A DNA stretch of 36,738 nucleotides from an uncultured Clostridia bacterium (GTDB taxonomy: Bacteria > Bacillota > Clostridia > TANB77 > CAG-508): NCBI GenBank assembly GCA_944392675.1, contig CALXXK010000001.1:1-36738 (forward strand). Reading direction: 5' to 3'. The position numbers were made by a program, and so were the translations under genes. This document shows, one piece after another, positions 26,514-35,136 of the stretch (the first letter of the stretch is position 1; the number at the start of each line of letters is the position of its first letter). Below the pieces are notes generated by a model, which saw nothing but the letters and a program-made list of their open reading frames with translations, made no database searches and was not told the origin of the DNA.

Positions 26514-27545
26514 TTATCTTCTTTTTCGTGCGTTAATTAGGACCGTTTTTAATCTTTCTAAATCTTCTAGTGTTTTTCCTGTTCCTCTTACTACACAATC
26601 TAAAGGTTCTTCAGCAACATATACTGGCATTCCTGTTTCTATACTTATTAATTTATCAAGATTTTTTATTAAAGCTCCTCCTCCTGCTAAAACAATTCCT
26701 TTTTCCATTATATCTGAAGCTAATTCAGGTGGAGTTTTTTCTAATGTTATTTTTACAATATCTACAATTTTTGTTATTGATTCTTTTATTGCCTCTTCTA
26801 CTTGGACAGAAGTAATTTGCACATTTCTAGGTAATCCGTCCACTAAATCTCGTCCTCTTATTTCCATAGACATTTCTGTCATTAAAGGCATTGCACATCC
26901 TATTTGAATTTTTATTTGTTCTGCAGTTGTTTCTCCTATCGCTAAATTCATTTCTCTTTTAACATAATTTACAATGTCTTCATCTAATTCATCTCCAGCA
27001 ACCCTTAGGGAATGGCTAACTACAATACCTCCTAAAGATATAACAGCTACTTCTGTTGTTCCTCCTCCTATATCAACAATTATACTTCCACTTGGTTCTG
27101 CTACATCTAAAGATGCTCCTATAGCTGCTGCCATTGGTTCTTCTATTAAATAAACTTCTTTTGCTCCTGCTTGTAAAACAGATTCTTCAACTGCTCTTTC
27201 TTCTACTTCTGTTATTCCTGAAGGTACGCCTACAACAACTCTTGGTCTACCTATACTATATCTCTTTCCAACTTTTCCAATTATATTTTTAAGCATTAAT
27301 TGTGTTGCTGTAAAATCTGCTATGACTCCATCTTTTAATGGTCTTACTGCTTTTATTTGATCTGGAGTTCTTCCTAGCATTTCTTTTGCTTCAGTTCCTG
27401 TTGCCATAATATTTCCTGTTTTTCTATTTATTGCAACAACTGAAGGTTCTTTTAAAACAATTCCTTTTCCCTTTACTGTAACTAATAAATTTGCTGTTCC
27501 TAAGTCAATCCCTATGTCTTTTGATCCAAATGTAAAAAATTTCAT
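26514..27545 (-). CDS. mreB: Rod shape-determining actin-like protein MreB
   Basis: Full-length MreB signature: DIGIDLGTANLLV, VIADF, IEEPMAAAIGA, VDIGGGTTEVAVISLGGIV, GIVLAGGGALIKNLDKLI. Confidence 0.95.
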   Translation of the reverse strand: MKFFTFGSKDIGIDLGTANLLVTVKGKGIVLKEPSVVAINRKTGNIMATGTEAKEMLGRTPDQIKAVRPLKDGVIADFTATQLMLKNIIGKVGKRYSIGRPRVVVGVPSGITEVEERAVEESVLQAGAKEVYLIEEPMAAAIGASLDVAEPSGSIIVDIGGGTTEVAVISLGGIVVSHSLRVAGDELDEDIVNYVKREMNLAIGETTAEQIKIQIGCAMPLMTEMSMEIRGRDLVDGLPRNVQITSVQVEEAIKESITKIVDIVKITLEKTPPELASDIMEKGIVLAGGGALIKNLDKLISIETGMPVYVAEEPLDCVVRGTGKTLEDLERLKTVLINARKRR

Positions 27546-27568
27546 CTTATCTTTTCCTTTCTTTTTAA

Positions 27569-28288
27569 TTATTTAACATCCTTTTCTGAACTTTTATCAG
27601 ATATCATTTCTGAAAAAATGCTAGTATAATTCATGTCTCCTATAACTATATGGTCTAAAAGTTTAATTCCTAAAAGTTGTGCCGCATCATATAATCTTTC
27701 TGTAATTGTGATATCAGATTTGCTTGGTGTACAATCTCCTGTTGGATGATTATGTACTAAAATTATTTTTGGTGCTTTCATTTTTATAGGCTCTGACAAA
27801 ACATCTTTCATACCAATTTCTGCAAAATTTGTTCCGCCTATTGCTATATCATATATCTTTAATATCTCATTTTTTTCATTTAATATTACTAATTTTGCAA
27901 TTTCTTTTTTTTCATATCTTAATTCATTCATTAATAGCTTTGCTAAATCATATGGTTGGCCCACTTTTATTTTTTTATAGTTATTTGGTCTAGACATTCT
28001 TATTGCTAGCTCACATACTGCTTTTAATTGAATTGCTTTTACTTTTCCTATTCCATTTATTTTTTTTAATTCTTCTATTGTAACATTTCTTAAAAAATTT
28101 AACTCATCAATATTTTCATTGTTCAATTTTAATATTTTTTGTGCTATTTGTACAGAATTTTCAGTTCTAGTTCCCGTTTTTATTATAATTGCCAATAATT
28201 CTGCATTTGATAAGTTTTTTTCTCCATATAATTCTAATTTCTCATATGGTCTTTCTAATTCTGGTAATTCTTTCATTTTTAGAGACAA
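27569..28288 (-). CDS. radC: RadC-family JAB/MPN domain protein (UPF0758)
   Basis: It has an N-terminal HhH region (ELLAIIIKTGT) and the JAMM motif ILVHNHPTGDCTPSKSD. The start is TTG, 5 nt after GGAAGGGA. Confidence 0.85.
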   Translation of the reverse strand: MSLKMKELPELERPYEKLELYGEKNLSNAELLAIIIKTGTRTENSVQIAQKILKLNNENIDELNFLRNVTIEELKKINGIGKVKAIQLKAVCELAIRMSRPNNYKKIKVGQPYDLAKLLMNELRYEKKEIAKLVILNEKNEILKIYDIAIGGTNFAEIGMKDVLSEPIKMKAPKIILVHNHPTGDCTPSKSDITITERLYDAAQLLGIKLLDHIVIGDMNYTSIFSEMISDKSSEKDVK

Positions 28289-28331
28289 ATAAATCCCTTC
28301 CTTTCTTTTTTTATTTGCCCCTATTTTTTTC

Positions 28332-28589
28332 TTATATTTTCTTATATATGAATATTGCCAAAGTCATTCCTATTATACTGGCAACACTTATTTTGAATGT
28401 TAATGCAAAAGATAGTTTTAAAACTCCTAGATCTAGTGGAATTGGATTTTCTAGCCCAAAACTTTGACTATATGATAACCACCATAACCAATCAACCTTT
28501 GATGCTAATTCTCCTAGTAATCCCCCTACTACTAGTCCTGACAAAATAAATATTAATAATATCCATATATTTTTTTCTTTTGTTGCCAT
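28332..28589 (-). CDS. Small membrane protein, DUF4321-like
   Basis: An 85-aa protein with two hydrophobic segments. The central FGLENPIPLDLGVLKLSFALTF pattern and the position next to radC/mreB are as I remember for DUF4321 proteins. RBS GGAGGT lies 6 nt upstream. Confidence 0.55.
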   Translation of the reverse strand: MATKEKNIWILLIFILSGLVVGGLLGELASKVDWLWWLSYSQSFGLENPIPLDLGVLKLSFALTFKISVASIIGMTLAIFIYKKI

Positions 28590-28841
28590 ATTTTTACCTC
28601 CAATATTGTTCCGTCTTACGGGTATTTATTTTTTCACATAAGTATTATATATTGATTTAACATTTTTTTCAAGTAAATTTTGGTATTTTCTTCAATTAAG
28701 CAATTAAAAAGTTGAATTAATCTTTTATTTATGATATATTTAAAAAAGTTAATTATTTTTATTACCAAAAATTGTGCATTTAAATATAATAATATTAGTA
28801 GTATAATATAATTAGTACTTTTTTAGGAGGAATTTCTTTAT

Positions 28842-29477
28842 ATGAAGATTGAAAAATTAACTGAAAATAAAATTCGTGTTATCATCAATGATGAAGATTT
28901 AAAGCAAAATCATACAGATTTACATACAATAATGACAAAATCCTTAGAAAATCAGGGATTATTTTTAAACATACTATCAAAAGCAGAAAAGGAAGTAGGT
29001 TTTTATACTGAAAATTGTAAACTTCTTATCGAAGCATTTTCTACTCCTGATGATATGTTTGTTTTTACTATTACTAAATATAATGAAACTGACTTTAAAG
29101 ACATTTTACCAAATACTCCCAAAAAATTAACAGTTAAAAGGAAATCCGTAAATATTAATAATTCAAATTCTATTTATAAATTTGATAGTTTTGATGAATT
29201 TTGCAATTTCTGTAATTGTATAAATAACAAAAATCAATTTGAAATAAATAAATTATCAAAACATATTTCTTTATATTTATATAATGATACATATTATTTG
29301 ATACTTTCAAATATTAATATAAATTATAAAAATATAAAAATATTTTATAATACAATATCAGAATTTGGAAAATTTGTTTCAAACTCTAACACTTTTAAAA
29401 CCAAACTGATAGAACATGGAAATAGTATTATTAAAAAGAATGCAATTTCTATAGGAATAAAATATTTTTCAGAATAA
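28842..29477 (+). CDS. mecA: Adaptor protein MecA-like
   Basis: The N-terminus, MKIEKLTENKIRVIINDEDLKQNHTDLHTIM, resembles the MecA N-domain (MEIERINE..V.F......L..R). The size is about 210 aa. An AGGAGG is present upstream. Confidence 0.6.
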   Translation: MKIEKLTENKIRVIINDEDLKQNHTDLHTIMTKSLENQGLFLNILSKAEKEVGFYTENCKLLIEAFSTPDDMFVFTITKYNETDFKDILPNTPKKLTVKRKSVNINNSNSIYKFDSFDEFCNFCNCINNKNQFEINKLSKHISLYLYNDTYYLILSNININYKNIKIFYNTISEFGKFVSNSNTFKTKLIEHGNSIIKKNAISIGIKYFSE

Positions 29478-29540
29478 ATTTTTATATAAATTAAATTTTA
29501 ATAAAACTAAAAATAACTTAAATTTATTTTAAATAATCAT

Positions 29541-29605
29541 GGAGGGTATCCATTTTAACTCATTTCTACTTTTTAGGATATAGTTCAAAATAGATTCCCT
29601 CTTTT
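29541..29605 (+). terminator. Terminator candidate downstream of mecA
   Basis: GGAGGGTATCCATTTT (29541-29556) pairs with AAAATAGATTCCCTC (29587-29601), 13 of 15 positions. TTTT follows. The loop is large, about 30 nt. Confidence 0.4.
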
Positions 29606-29618
29606 CATTATTCAATAA

Positions 29619-29646
29619 AATCCAGATTATCTATAAAATCTGGATT
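29619..29646. terminator. Bidirectional terminator candidate between mecA and the M23 peptidase gene
   Basis: AATCCAGATT-atctataa-AATCTGGATT is a 10-bp perfect stem. T-rich sequence follows on both strands. Confidence 0.5.
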
Positions 29647-29673
29647 CTTATTTTACACATTTTTTATAATTTT

Positions 29674-30693
29674 TTAATATAAATAATTTTGTGGATTATA
29701 TGCTACTCCATTTACTCTTATTTCTAAATGTAAATGTGGACCTGTAGAATTTCCTGTTGATCCAACTGCCGCTATAGTTTGTCCTTGTGATACACTAGCA
29801 CCAGCTGAAACATATAATTTACTACAATGAGCATAATATGTTTGAACATTATTTCCATGTGATATTACTATCATATTTCCATAAGATCCTTTATATCCAG
29901 AAAAAGTTACTGTTCCTGATGCAGCAGCTGCAATTGGAGTTCCTGCTGATGTTGCTATATCTAATCCAGTATGTGAAGATCTTCTTATTGCACTTCCAAC
30001 CCCAAATTTTGATGTAATAATACCTGAAACTGGTCTTATCAAACTAATTCCTAAATTCGCTTTTCCTCCTGATGTTTTACTTGAAGTATTAACAGATCCT
30101 GTTGCTTTATATGTATTAGTTTTTGAACTTCTAGTACTTGCTACCGTTACTTTAACTGGCTCTACATATAATTTAGCTATTGCTTCATCAGAAGATACAA
30201 AATCTTTCATTTCTGTTTCATATTTTTCTGCTATTGATAAATTATTTATATTTGTACTACCTTTTTCTTTAAGTGTATCTATTACTTTTTGAGCTTCTTC
30301 AAAACTAGAAACATAGTACTTCTCTTGTCCATTATCTAATATAGAATAATATCTATAATATTCTATACCTTGTTCCTTTACCTTATTAAATATTTCATCA
30401 TCATTTGTTACTACATCCTTTTTTAATAAACATAACTTATATTCAGGAAGATTTTCTACTTGGACAAATGCTGTGTTATTATTTTCTCCATCTCCGTGTT
30501 CTACAAAAGTATTAATTTTATGTTGTAGTTCTGTTCTATTTTCTGTATATCCTACTTGCTCTCCTTCTATATAAACACTATATGTTGGTTTATATAAAAA
30601 AGCTATTGCTCCAATTATTAAAAAAATTGCAATTACTAAAAGAATAAACATTTTTATTCCTTTTTTTGTATGTACCATTAATTTTTTTAACAT
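29674..30693 (-). CDS. M23 (LytM) family peptidoglycan metalloendopeptidase, membrane anchored
   Basis: It has an N-terminal TM helix. Catalytic motifs are HTGLDIA, YGNMIVISHGNNVQTYYAH and GSTGNSTGPHLHLEIRVNG. RBS AAGGAG lies 8 nt upstream. Confidence 0.85.
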   Translation of the reverse strand: MLKKLMVHTKKGIKMFILLVIAIFLIIGAIAFLYKPTYSVYIEGEQVGYTENRTELQHKINTFVEHGDGENNNTAFVQVENLPEYKLCLLKKDVVTNDDEIFNKVKEQGIEYYRYYSILDNGQEKYYVSSFEEAQKVIDTLKEKGSTNINNLSIAEKYETEMKDFVSSDEAIAKLYVEPVKVTVASTRSSKTNTYKATGSVNTSSKTSGGKANLGISLIRPVSGIITSKFGVGSAIRRSSHTGLDIATSAGTPIAAAASGTVTFSGYKGSYGNMIVISHGNNVQTYYAHCSKLYVSAGASVSQGQTIAAVGSTGNSTGPHLHLEIRVNGVAYNPQNYLY

Positions 30694-30830
30694 TACAATA
30701 TCTCCTTTGTATATGATATTGTAATATTATTGTAATTTTTATAAAATTGCAAAGATTATGAATTGCTAATTTCCGTAAGATTTTTTGTTTTTTCTTCGTT
30801 ATTCTTTATTTTTTATGTTTTTTCTTTATT

Positions 30831-31191
30831 TTAGGGGACGTTCCTTCAATCCCGAAAATTAGGGAACAAAGGGACGGACCTTCCAGATTTCATTAAGCTT
30901 CTTCCCATCAGGTTCCCCCTATTTATCATCAAATATTTGATTTTGAATGTGATTGAAATAATTTTAGAAATTCTTTATTAATTTTTTGGAAAATGTTCGC
31001 GTCGAGCTTTAGCTCGGACTAAGTGAAAGGGTGCCAAAAAATTAATTTAGAATTTTTTAAATTATGTATTGAACCGAAAAATCACATATTTGATGATAAA
31101 TAGGGGGAACCTGATGGGAAGAAGCTTAATGAAATCTGGAAGGTCCGTCCCTTTGTTCCCTAATTTTCGGGATTGAAGGAACGTCCCCTAA
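30831..31191. repeat. Palindromic element B: 361-bp element with 106-bp perfect inverted arms and the same ~50-nt terminal modules as element A
   Basis: 30831-30936 is the exact reverse complement of 31086-31191. Inner pairing includes 30977-30989 with 31034-31046. The apical hairpin is CGAGC-ttta-GCTCG at 31003-31016. There is no ORF. Confidence 0.95.
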
Positions 31192-31258
31192 AAAAATGAA
31201 TAAAAAAATTAATTTTGTAAAAACTATTTAAGAATTTAAAATGAAAGGAAGGATAAAA

Positions 31259-31447
31259 ATGGCAGATTTAAATCAAATGGAATTACAACATTTAAGACAC
31301 TTAATAGGTGCACATGAAACTGCATATCAAAAATTAAACACTTATTCATCTCAAGCAGTTGATCCACAAATTAAACAATTATTTACTAAATCAGCTCAAG
31401 ATGCATTAAATACTAAACAAAAATTAATGACTTTTTTGAATAATTAA
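31259..31447 (+). CDS. Small CotF-domain spore coat protein (62 aa)
   Basis: The ATG at 31259 lies after GAAAGGAAGG. The sequence MADLNQMELQHLRHLIGAHETAYQKLNTYSSQAVDPQIKQLF has a Coat-F-like helical pattern. The track ORF starts earlier, at 31241. Confidence 0.6.
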   Translation: MADLNQMELQHLRHLIGAHETAYQKLNTYSSQAVDPQIKQLFTKSAQDALNTKQKLMTFLNN

Positions 31448-31467
31448 ATAGTAAGGAGGAAAATATA

Positions 31468-31713
31468 ATGGATGAAAAAACTATGGTAAATGATATTTTA
31501 TCAGGTGTTAAATCTGATTTAACAGCTTATCAAACAGCTATTTCTGAATCAGAAAATATGCAATTAAGACAAACTTTTCAACAGATAAGAAATAATGATG
31601 AAAGTTTTCAATATGAATTATTTAAAATTGCTCAATCTAAGGGGTATTATATACCTGCTCAAAAAGCAACTGTAACTGAAATAAATACTGTTAAAACAGA
31701 ATTATCAAATTAA
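31468..31713 (+). CDS. CotF-family spore coat protein (81 aa)
   Basis: DEKTMVNDILSGVKSDLTAYQTAISESENMQLRQTFQQIRNNDESFQYELFKIAQSKGYY matches the Coat F domain pattern. RBS AAGGAGG is present upstream. Confidence 0.75.
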   Translation: MDEKTMVNDILSGVKSDLTAYQTAISESENMQLRQTFQQIRNNDESFQYELFKIAQSKGYYIPAQKATVTEINTVKTELSN

Positions 31714-31778
31714 AAATTAATTGTAAATTAATTTTTATATTAGTATTGGAAAGTGTGTGACTTTCTATAACAGCACAA

Positions 31779-31809
31779 AAAGATATCTTATCAAAATGAA
31801 AGATATCTT
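31779..31809. terminator. Bidirectional terminator candidate between the cotF-like genes and pcrA
   Basis: AAAGATATCTT-atcaaaatg-AAGATATCTTT is an 11-bp stem. It is followed by TTTT on the plus strand and preceded by AAAA, which gives a T-run on the minus strand. The stem is AT-rich and weak. Confidence 0.45.
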
Positions 31810-31817
31810 TTTTCTAA

Positions 31818-34160
31818 TTAAATTATTTCAAGGTTTGCAAATTTTGCCATTAGTCGTTTATGCCCTACTTTATCAAAGTTTATATCTACTTTTAAATCTT
31901 CTCCTTCTGGTTCTACTGAATTTATTGTTCCTTCCCCAAATTTTTTGTGATATACTCTTATTCCTGCTTCATATTTACTTAAATCTACTTGCTGTGCTGA
32001 TTTCTTTCCTATATTATTTAAGTTATTTAGAAAGCTTTCTGCTGTTCTAAACATAAATCCATTTGAATTGTTTGATTTTTTTACATTTCCTGCAATTGCT
32101 ACAGATGGTTCTTTTTGTGTATCTATTTTGTATGTCTTTATATTTCCAGAATTTTTACTTCCATATGTCCAACTATATGGTGAATCTTCAAACATCCTGT
32201 CTTTATTTGTTTTTCCATCACTGTCTCCAAATACATCTTGATATCCTTCTAGTAAATCTTCTGGTATTTCCTTTAGAAATCTTGATACTGGATTATAACT
32301 TGTTGAACCAAATATTGTACGCTGTCTACTGCATGTTAAAAATAAATAATTTTTTGCTCTTGTGATTCCTACATAACATAAACGTCTTTCTTCTTCTAAT
32401 TCTTTTGGTTCTGAAATTGATTTGTATCCAGGGAATATTCCTTCTTCCATTCCTACTAAAAATACTACTGGAAATTCTAGTCCTTTTGCACTATGTAATG
32501 TCATAAGTGTTACGGATTCTTCATTTTCTTCCATATTGTCAAGGTCACTTGATAATGTTATTCCTTCCAAAAATTCTCTTAGTCCATTTTCTGCAAACTC
32601 TTCTTCAAATTCCATTGCGACTGTTAAAAATTCTTCTAAGTTTTCTATTCTATTTTCTGCTTCTATTGTATTCTCATCTTCTAATGCTTTTGTATATCCT
32701 GTCTTTTTCAATGTTTGTTTGATTAATTCTGATACTGATAAGTCTTCTATTTTACTTTTTAGTTCCTCTATTGTATTTATAAATTCTCTTGAGTTTAAAT
32801 ATACTCTATTTAGCCCATATTGCTCTGCATCTTTTATTATTTCATACATTGATTTTTCATTTGAAATTGCTAATTGCTCTACTTTGTCTAAACTAGTTTT
32901 CCCAATTCCTCTTTTGGGTTCGTTTATTATTCTTTTTAAACTTAAATTATCTGCATTATTTTGTATTAATCTTAAATATGCAATTATATCTTTTATTTCT
33001 TTTCTTTCATAGAATTTTAATCCACCTACAATTTTGTATGGAATATTTTCTCTTCTGAAAATATCTTCTATTGCTCTTGATTGTGTATTCATTCTATATA
33101 AAACTGCAAAATCAGAATATTTATAATATTCTTCTCTTTTTAGATGTTCTATTTGTGAAACTATATATGAACCTTCATCATATTCGTTTTCTGCTAAATA
33201 TACTTGTGGTAAATTTCCCTGTTCGTTTTCTGTCCATAATTCTTTTTTGTATTTTACTTCATTATTTTTTATTACAGCATTAGCTGCTTTTAATATATTT
33301 CCTGTACATCTATAATTTTGCTCTAATTTAATTATTTTAGTTCCTGGGAAATCTCTTTCAAAATTTAAAATATTTGAAATGTCTGCTCCCCTAAAAGAAT
33401 ATATTCCTTGGTCATTATCTCCAACAACTGTTATATTTCCATTTCTTGATGCGAATAGTGTTATTAATGTAAATTGTGATTTATTAGTATCTTGATACTC
33501 ATCTACTAAAACATATTTAAATTTATTTGAATAATATTCTAATACATCTGGATTTTCCATTAGTATTTTAATAGTATAATTTATGATATCATCAAAATCT
33601 ATTGCATTATTTTCTTTTAATCTTTTTTGATATAATTCATAAACGGTTGCTATTGTTTCTTTTCTGAAATCTCCATTTGCTCTTAAAGTATATTGGTCTG
33701 GCTCCAACATTTCATTTTTTGCATTACTTATTTCTGAAAGAACTGATCTATCATTAAATAATTTATCATCTATCGCTAGGTCTTTCATACAATTTTTTAC
33801 CAATGTTTTTTGGTCTGATGTGTCAAATATAATAAATGAAGTGTCAAACCCTATTCTATCTATAAATCTCCTTAAAATACGCACACATATTGAGTGAAAT
33901 GTTCCCATCCATATGTCTTTTGCTGGGTCTCCTACTAATCCTGCTATTCTTTCTTTCATTTCATTTGCGGCTTTATTTGTAAATGTTATTGCTAGAATAT
34001 CCCATGGCTTAACATTTTTTTCTCCTATTAGATAAGCTATTTTGTGTGTTAATACTTTTGTTTTTCCGCTTCCAGCTCCTGCTATTACTAAGCATGGCCC
34101 TTCTGTATTTACTACGGCTTCGTATTGTTTGTCATTTAATCCTTTTAATATATCTTGCAT
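31818..34160 (-). CDS. pcrA: ATP-dependent DNA helicase PcrA (UvrD/Rep superfamily 1)
   Basis: The Walker A motif is AGAGSGKTKVLTHKIAYLI. Other motifs are DEYQDTN, TLHSAKGLEFPVVFLVG, RRLCYVGITRAK and the C-terminal PcrA-type tail VYHKKFGEGTI. Confidence 0.9.
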   Translation of the reverse strand: MQDILKGLNDKQYEAVVNTEGPCLVIAGAGSGKTKVLTHKIAYLIGEKNVKPWDILAITFTNKAANEMKERIAGLVGDPAKDIWMGTFHSICVRILRRFIDRIGFDTSFIIFDTSDQKTLVKNCMKDLAIDDKLFNDRSVLSEISNAKNEMLEPDQYTLRANGDFRKETIATVYELYQKRLKENNAIDFDDIINYTIKILMENPDVLEYYSNKFKYVLVDEYQDTNKSQFTLITLFASRNGNITVVGDNDQGIYSFRGADISNILNFERDFPGTKIIKLEQNYRCTGNILKAANAVIKNNEVKYKKELWTENEQGNLPQVYLAENEYDEGSYIVSQIEHLKREEYYKYSDFAVLYRMNTQSRAIEDIFRRENIPYKIVGGLKFYERKEIKDIIAYLRLIQNNADNLSLKRIINEPKRGIGKTSLDKVEQLAISNEKSMYEIIKDAEQYGLNRVYLNSREFINTIEELKSKIEDLSVSELIKQTLKKTGYTKALEDENTIEAENRIENLEEFLTVAMEFEEEFAENGLREFLEGITLSSDLDNMEENEESVTLMTLHSAKGLEFPVVFLVGMEEGIFPGYKSISEPKELEEERRLCYVGITRAKNYLFLTCSRQRTIFGSTSYNPVSRFLKEIPEDLLEGYQDVFGDSDGKTNKDRMFEDSPYSWTYGSKNSGNIKTYKIDTQKEPSVAIAGNVKKSNNSNGFMFRTAESFLNNLNNIGKKSAQQVDLSKYEAGIRVYHKKFGEGTINSVEPEGEDLKVDINFDKVGHKRLMAKFANLEII

Positions 34161-34279
34161 ATTTTGTTCCTTTCTTTATTCAAAACTCTGTTTGTATTCT
34201 ACCATATCTTTTCGACGTTTTCAAGATTAAATATATATTTTTTGGAAATTATCAAATAGCACTAGGCATGAGTGGTAAC

Positions 34280-35023
34280 TTATATCATAGTAGCTAATAT
34301 TCCTAACAAAAATCCTATTATATTTCCAATAGCTGTCATTCTTCCATGGTATAATTTATTTGATTCTGGTACAAGCTCTCCTGATACTATATATAACATT
34401 GCACCTGCAGCAAAACTCAAACATATTGCAATTATTTCTTGTGATATGTTTCCTATTATTGCTCCAAAAAATGCTCCAATTCCTGTTGTCACTCCTGATA
34501 ATACTACATAGAAAATAACTTTACTTTTTTTCATTCCTCCATTTTTCATAGGTACTGCCATTGATATTCCTTCTGGTATATCATGCAAGCATATAGCTAT
34601 TGCAAGAGCAAACCCTAATTTTATTGATGCTTCAAATCCTGACCCTATAGCTAATCCTTCTGGAAAATTATGAATTGCCAAACCTATTGAAACTATTATT
34701 CCTGTTTTTAATAATGTATTTTTACTATTTTTATATTTTTCATTTACGCTAAATTTCTTCTCAACTAATAAATCGCAAAAAATCATCATTATTATTCCTA
34801 ATATTATTCCTATTATGACATTTGATATATTGCTAATCCCTAGGGCTTCTGGAATTAATTCAAAACATATTATTGATGTCATTAACCCAGATGCTAAAGC
34901 TAATATGAAACTTAGAAATTTGTTTGAATTTCTTTTTAGTACTACTCCTAGTATTCCACCTAATGTAGTTCCAAATGTTCCAAAAAATAAACCTATTAAT
35001 GTGGTTTTTATTATTTCTTGCAT
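34280..35023 (-). CDS. ZIP family divalent metal (zinc) transporter
   Basis: A polytopic membrane protein carrying the ZIP signatures GLAIHNFPEGLAIGSGF and AICLHDIPEGISMAVP. Confidence 0.8.
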   Translation of the reverse strand: MQEIIKTTLIGLFFGTFGTTLGGILGVVLKRNSNKFLSFILALASGLMTSIICFELIPEALGISNISNVIIGIILGIIMMIFCDLLVEKKFSVNEKYKNSKNTLLKTGIIVSIGLAIHNFPEGLAIGSGFEASIKLGFALAIAICLHDIPEGISMAVPMKNGGMKKSKVIFYVVLSGVTTGIGAFFGAIIGNISQEIIAICLSFAAGAMLYIVSGELVPESNKLYHGRMTAIGNIIGFLLGILATMI

Positions 35024-35136
35024 ATAAAAAACTCCTTAAAATATTCTTTATTTTAGTTTATTTTAAAGAGTTTTATTTTATTACAAATAGTTTTAACCAA
35101 TTTTTATATAGTATTTTTTATTTCTTATTATTATTT

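Noticed and set aside
1059-31030. Mini-ORFs inside the palindromes (ATGAATACGAATGAAAGAATATTATAA at 1059-1085; ATGTTCGCGTCGAGCTTTAGCTCGGACTAA at 30993-31022).
   Set aside because: They are 8-9 codons long, have no RBS, and are not conserved between the two elements.
909-31191. The idea that elements A and B are the boundaries of a 30-kb mobile island or an invertible or excisable segment.
   Set aside because: The interval contains core genes (mreBCD, PBP2, minC, radC, mecA). No integrase, recombinase or transposase is visible. Each element is itself palindromic, so neither defines a left or right end. Dispersed intergenic repeats are the simpler reading.
31757-34297. Plus-strand ORFs overlapping pcrA (31757-32050, 32063-32365, 32422-33012, 33071-33283, 34042-34297). 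Similar antisense ORFs overlap minC, PBP2, mreB, radC, the ZIP gene and prfA.
   Set aside because: They are antisense to confidently identified housekeeping genes and have low-complexity hydrophobic translations.
35024-35136. A hairpin pairing AAAACTCTTT with AAGGAGTTTT (minus strand) that would sequester the RBS of the ZIP transporter gene, seen as a possible zinc-responsive element. I also looked for a Zur box.
   Set aside because: The stem is 10 bp and AT-rich, includes a wobble pair, and has a 27-nt loop. Such a structure is expected by chance in this composition. No Zur-like palindrome (AAATCGTAAT-N-ATTACGATTT type) is present.
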